This document shows positions 56,701 through 57,614 of a stretch of DNA of 57,614 nucleotides, piece by piece. The translations under genes were made by a program, and so were the position numbers. The notes under the pieces were generated by a model. The model did not search any database and was not told where the DNA came from. It saw nothing but the letters and a program-made list of their open reading frames with translations. Position 1 is the first letter of the stretch. Each line of letters begins with the position of its first letter. Source of the DNA: an uncultured Candidatus Saccharibacteria bacterium (GTDB lineage: Bacteria; Patescibacteriota; Minisyncoccia; Phycocordibacterales; JAKAEA01); NCBI GenBank assembly GCA_964520645.1, contig CAZFND010000004.1, positions 1 to 57,614 of the forward strand, written 5' to 3'.

Positions 56701-57614
56701 CGAGTTTGATATGGGAACAATAGCAAATATTAGTACTATCTCATCTATCACTTTATGGGTACATGGATATTACTATAATGATGATTGTGACGCCATAACT
56801 GCAACTGGAAATATAAAAATTGGCAGTACTTGGGAAACTCCACAAACCCTTAGCTTGAATGTCAATACTGGTGCCTGGACATCAATTACATTCTCTGGTG
56901 CAACAACGTCTGCAATGACGCAAAGTGATCTTGATAATCTTAAAGTTCGATTAACCTCTACTATTACTAATGCACGCAGTAATGGTTGTGAAAACAAAGT
57001 ACAGGCAATGTACTTAGAAGTTACATACTTGCGTGAATCCGCATCATCAAACCTCGTCTTCGGAACCAATGCTACCCCATATGTATCAACAACAACTGTA
57101 GAGCGACTAAGAATCACCACCGATGGAAACGTAGGAATTGGAACAAGTACACCTTGGGCAATGTTTTCAATTAACCCTACATCTACTCTCAATGCTGCAC
57201 CTTCATTTGTCATTGGATCATCCACTGGTACACGATTCATAGTAACCAATTCAGGAAATGTAGGCATAGGTACCTCTTCACCAACCGCTCAACTTTCAAC
57301 AACTGGCACCGTCAGATTTTCAAACTTTGGTTCAGGATCACTCCAGACAGATGCAAACGGAAACTTGTCGGTATCATCTGACGAGAGACTCAAGACAATT
57401 GTAAGTGACTTTGCAACAAGTACCAGTGTACTCGAGAAGCTCACTCACTTAAATGGAATCATCTACAAGTGGAACGAAGCCTCAGGACTCGATCAAGTCA
57501 ATGAATATGTTGGATTCACTGCACAGAATGTAGAAAGCTACTTCCCACAACTTGTCGGCCAGAATCCAAATGGCTACAAGTCACTTAACTATGCAGCATT
57601 AACTGTCCCATTAG
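53798..57614 (+). CDS. Giant repetitive S/T/G-rich fibre protein with a C-terminal tail-fibre intramolecular-chaperone (S74-like) domain; 3' end lies outside the window and the ORF is not in the ORF track
   Basis: The frame is open for 1272 codons from ATG 53798 to the window end, re-checked at 12 lines. N-terminal anchor MVIFMGCILMVFGFASFAYA. Recurrent GNVGIGTTSPYAKLSVAG motifs. C-terminal SSDERLKTIV...IIYKWNE...GFTAQNVESYFPQLV. Confidence 0.85.
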   Translation, partial: MKQYKDFVNLKFFGSMVIFMGCILMVFGFASFAYALPYSPGETLDPGCTPGTANCTVSNVSIADYFIGTTTATSTYAGGIQTTSLYVTSSSASSTFNNGINLSGGCYAVSGTCLTPLTNSVTGLTYSGGALSLTSGYNIPLTASTTNWNSFYDTPSSRITAGTGLSWSGNTLNASGGSSASSTLLSDTNTFSATNTFSQGIRLGAYSVIDPVNVDFNFADQGGNSKIRYNLGAFTIRNGGGNTTLNIDGNGLLQISNVSGLEKFRVDASTGNVGIGTTSPYAKLSVAGEIVAANFTGTTTATSTLGGGLSATRLLTTATSTIAGINLNAGCYAINGTCLSSGGSGTVTSVDMTVPTGLSISGNPITTSGTLALTYASGYAGVLTASTTNWNSFYDTPSTRITAGTGLSWSGNTLNASGGSSASSTLLADANTFSGNNAFTGTNNFTGNLGVGTSSPYAKLSVAGQIVGAYFTGTTTATSTLAGGLQTSALNITSSSASSTFSNGINLAGGCYAVNGSCITGGGGGGGSGTVSSGLFGQLAWYAADGTTVSGTSTGRLTVGSLNATSTTATSTFLGGLSIGTTTSESRLHVADNSNYVMTLQRASSTSAEIAPVNNLIRFSNDVSTGKYNGYIGMSGRAGGGVVYLDPSADTSVQLNVGGGATHYGVLSDFCATLTGPYANLCASKHINYYDYFNTGGVGAGGNDGTYVDGSGTDIYDMSNVSLNGQKATRITIRAYARSGGTPQGTVNIKINGVAQTAQNFAMPNDNTVVWSSFSWNGSFTQSDIDSLQVVLTGGTYQVTFALFAEVTVPDPTTSALVFATNQNPSVEASTTEKMRITALGDVGIGLTTPESRLHIYSTNQLNDYLLTLQRATSSLASNLIKFAVGTSSELYGGYIGLLGKSGSGSLTSALDPNADTATVEWTPSTGTDHYAVIDDGTQQPTTPNTADYINHYLDNGGFGTASGSVNDEFDMGTIANISTISSITLWVHGYYYNDDCDAITATGNIKIGSTWETPQTLSLNVNTGAWTSITFSGATTSAMTQSDLDNLKVRLTSTITNARSNGCENKVQAMYLEVTYLRESASSNLVFGTNATPYVSTTTVERLRITTDGNVGIGTSTPWAMFSINPTSTLNAAPSFVIGSSTGTRFIVTNSGNVGIGTSSPTAQLSTTGTVRFSNFGSGSLQTDANGNLSVSSDERLKTIVSDFATSTSVLEKLTHLNGIIYKWNEASGLDQVNEYVGFTAQNVESYFPQLVGQNPNGYKSLNYAALTVPL
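54278..54345 (+). repeat. 68-nt near-identical intragenic repeat, copy 1
   Basis: GCAGGAACAGGACTCAGTTGGAGTGGAAATACACTTAA(C/T)GCTAGTGGAGGATCATCAGCATCTTCTAC. There is one mismatch to copy 2. Confidence 0.9.
55004..55071 (+). repeat. 68-nt near-identical intragenic repeat, copy 2
   Basis: Same core as 54278..54345. It lies within a ~245-aa tandem protein duplication. Confidence 0.9.

Noticed and set aside
54250-57267. Six - strand ORFs of 65-164 aa, plus + ORF 54177..54401
   Set aside because: They are antisense or off-frame shadows of the unlisted 53798.. ORF. Their translations (for example SVEDADDPPLALSVFPLQLSPVPAVIR, repeated twice) simply mirror the sense-strand repeats.

Overview
This is a 57.6-kb, AT-rich bacterial window, roughly 30-35% GC by hand counts. 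It is densely packed, and genes lie almost entirely on the + strand.

All family calls come from motifs I recognised in the translations. No searches were run.

Gene content and style look like a small-genome, probably monoderm, Patescibacteria/CPR-like organism. This rests on Wzy_C-TPR membrane proteins, a soluble VirD4-like ATPase, MYG1, DUF4015, tail-fibre-like surface proteins and very short leaders. It is an inference.

Housekeeping genes:
- tRNA-Ile(GAU)
- pyk, murD, murC, murB
- secA, a PLD-type cls, eno, gpmI
- obg, gatB, RNase P RNA (rnpB), murJ

Accessory content:
1. A ~19-kb glycan-assembly supercluster spans 9179-28312. It holds six GT4 enzymes, three SAM methyltransferases, an exostosin-like GT and a GT-C-like membrane protein. 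It also holds a Wzx flippase, a 4-TM mini-transporter, a GT2, an extended SDR and a Wzy_C-TPR protein. Most unusually, it contains a plant-type RGP/GT75 (UDP-arabinopyranose-mutase-like) homolog. I read 22838-28312 as a three-component, lipid-linked, possibly arabinofuranose-type extracytoplasmic glycosylation module.
2. Two very large surface proteins are present.
   - One is a 1113-aa vWA/Cys-repeat protein with a membrane-embedded C-terminus (47712-51053).
   - The other is an ORF of more than 1272 codons (53798 to the window end). It is missing from the supplied ORF track because it runs off the edge. It encodes a repetitive S/T/G-rich fibre that ends in a phage tail-fibre-type intramolecular chaperone (S74-like) domain.
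3. Three discrete islands of about 50% GC stand out: about 500-730, 10411-10788 and 51236-53146. Each has its own SD, leader and GC-rich terminator, and each looks foreign or otherwise atypical.
4. An unlisted 31-aa Lys-rich micro-ORF sits on its own transcription unit.
5. At several unit starts a -10 box ends exactly 6 nt before the ATG, which suggests leaderless mRNAs.

I found no CRISPR array, rRNA, transposase, integrase or reverse transcriptase.
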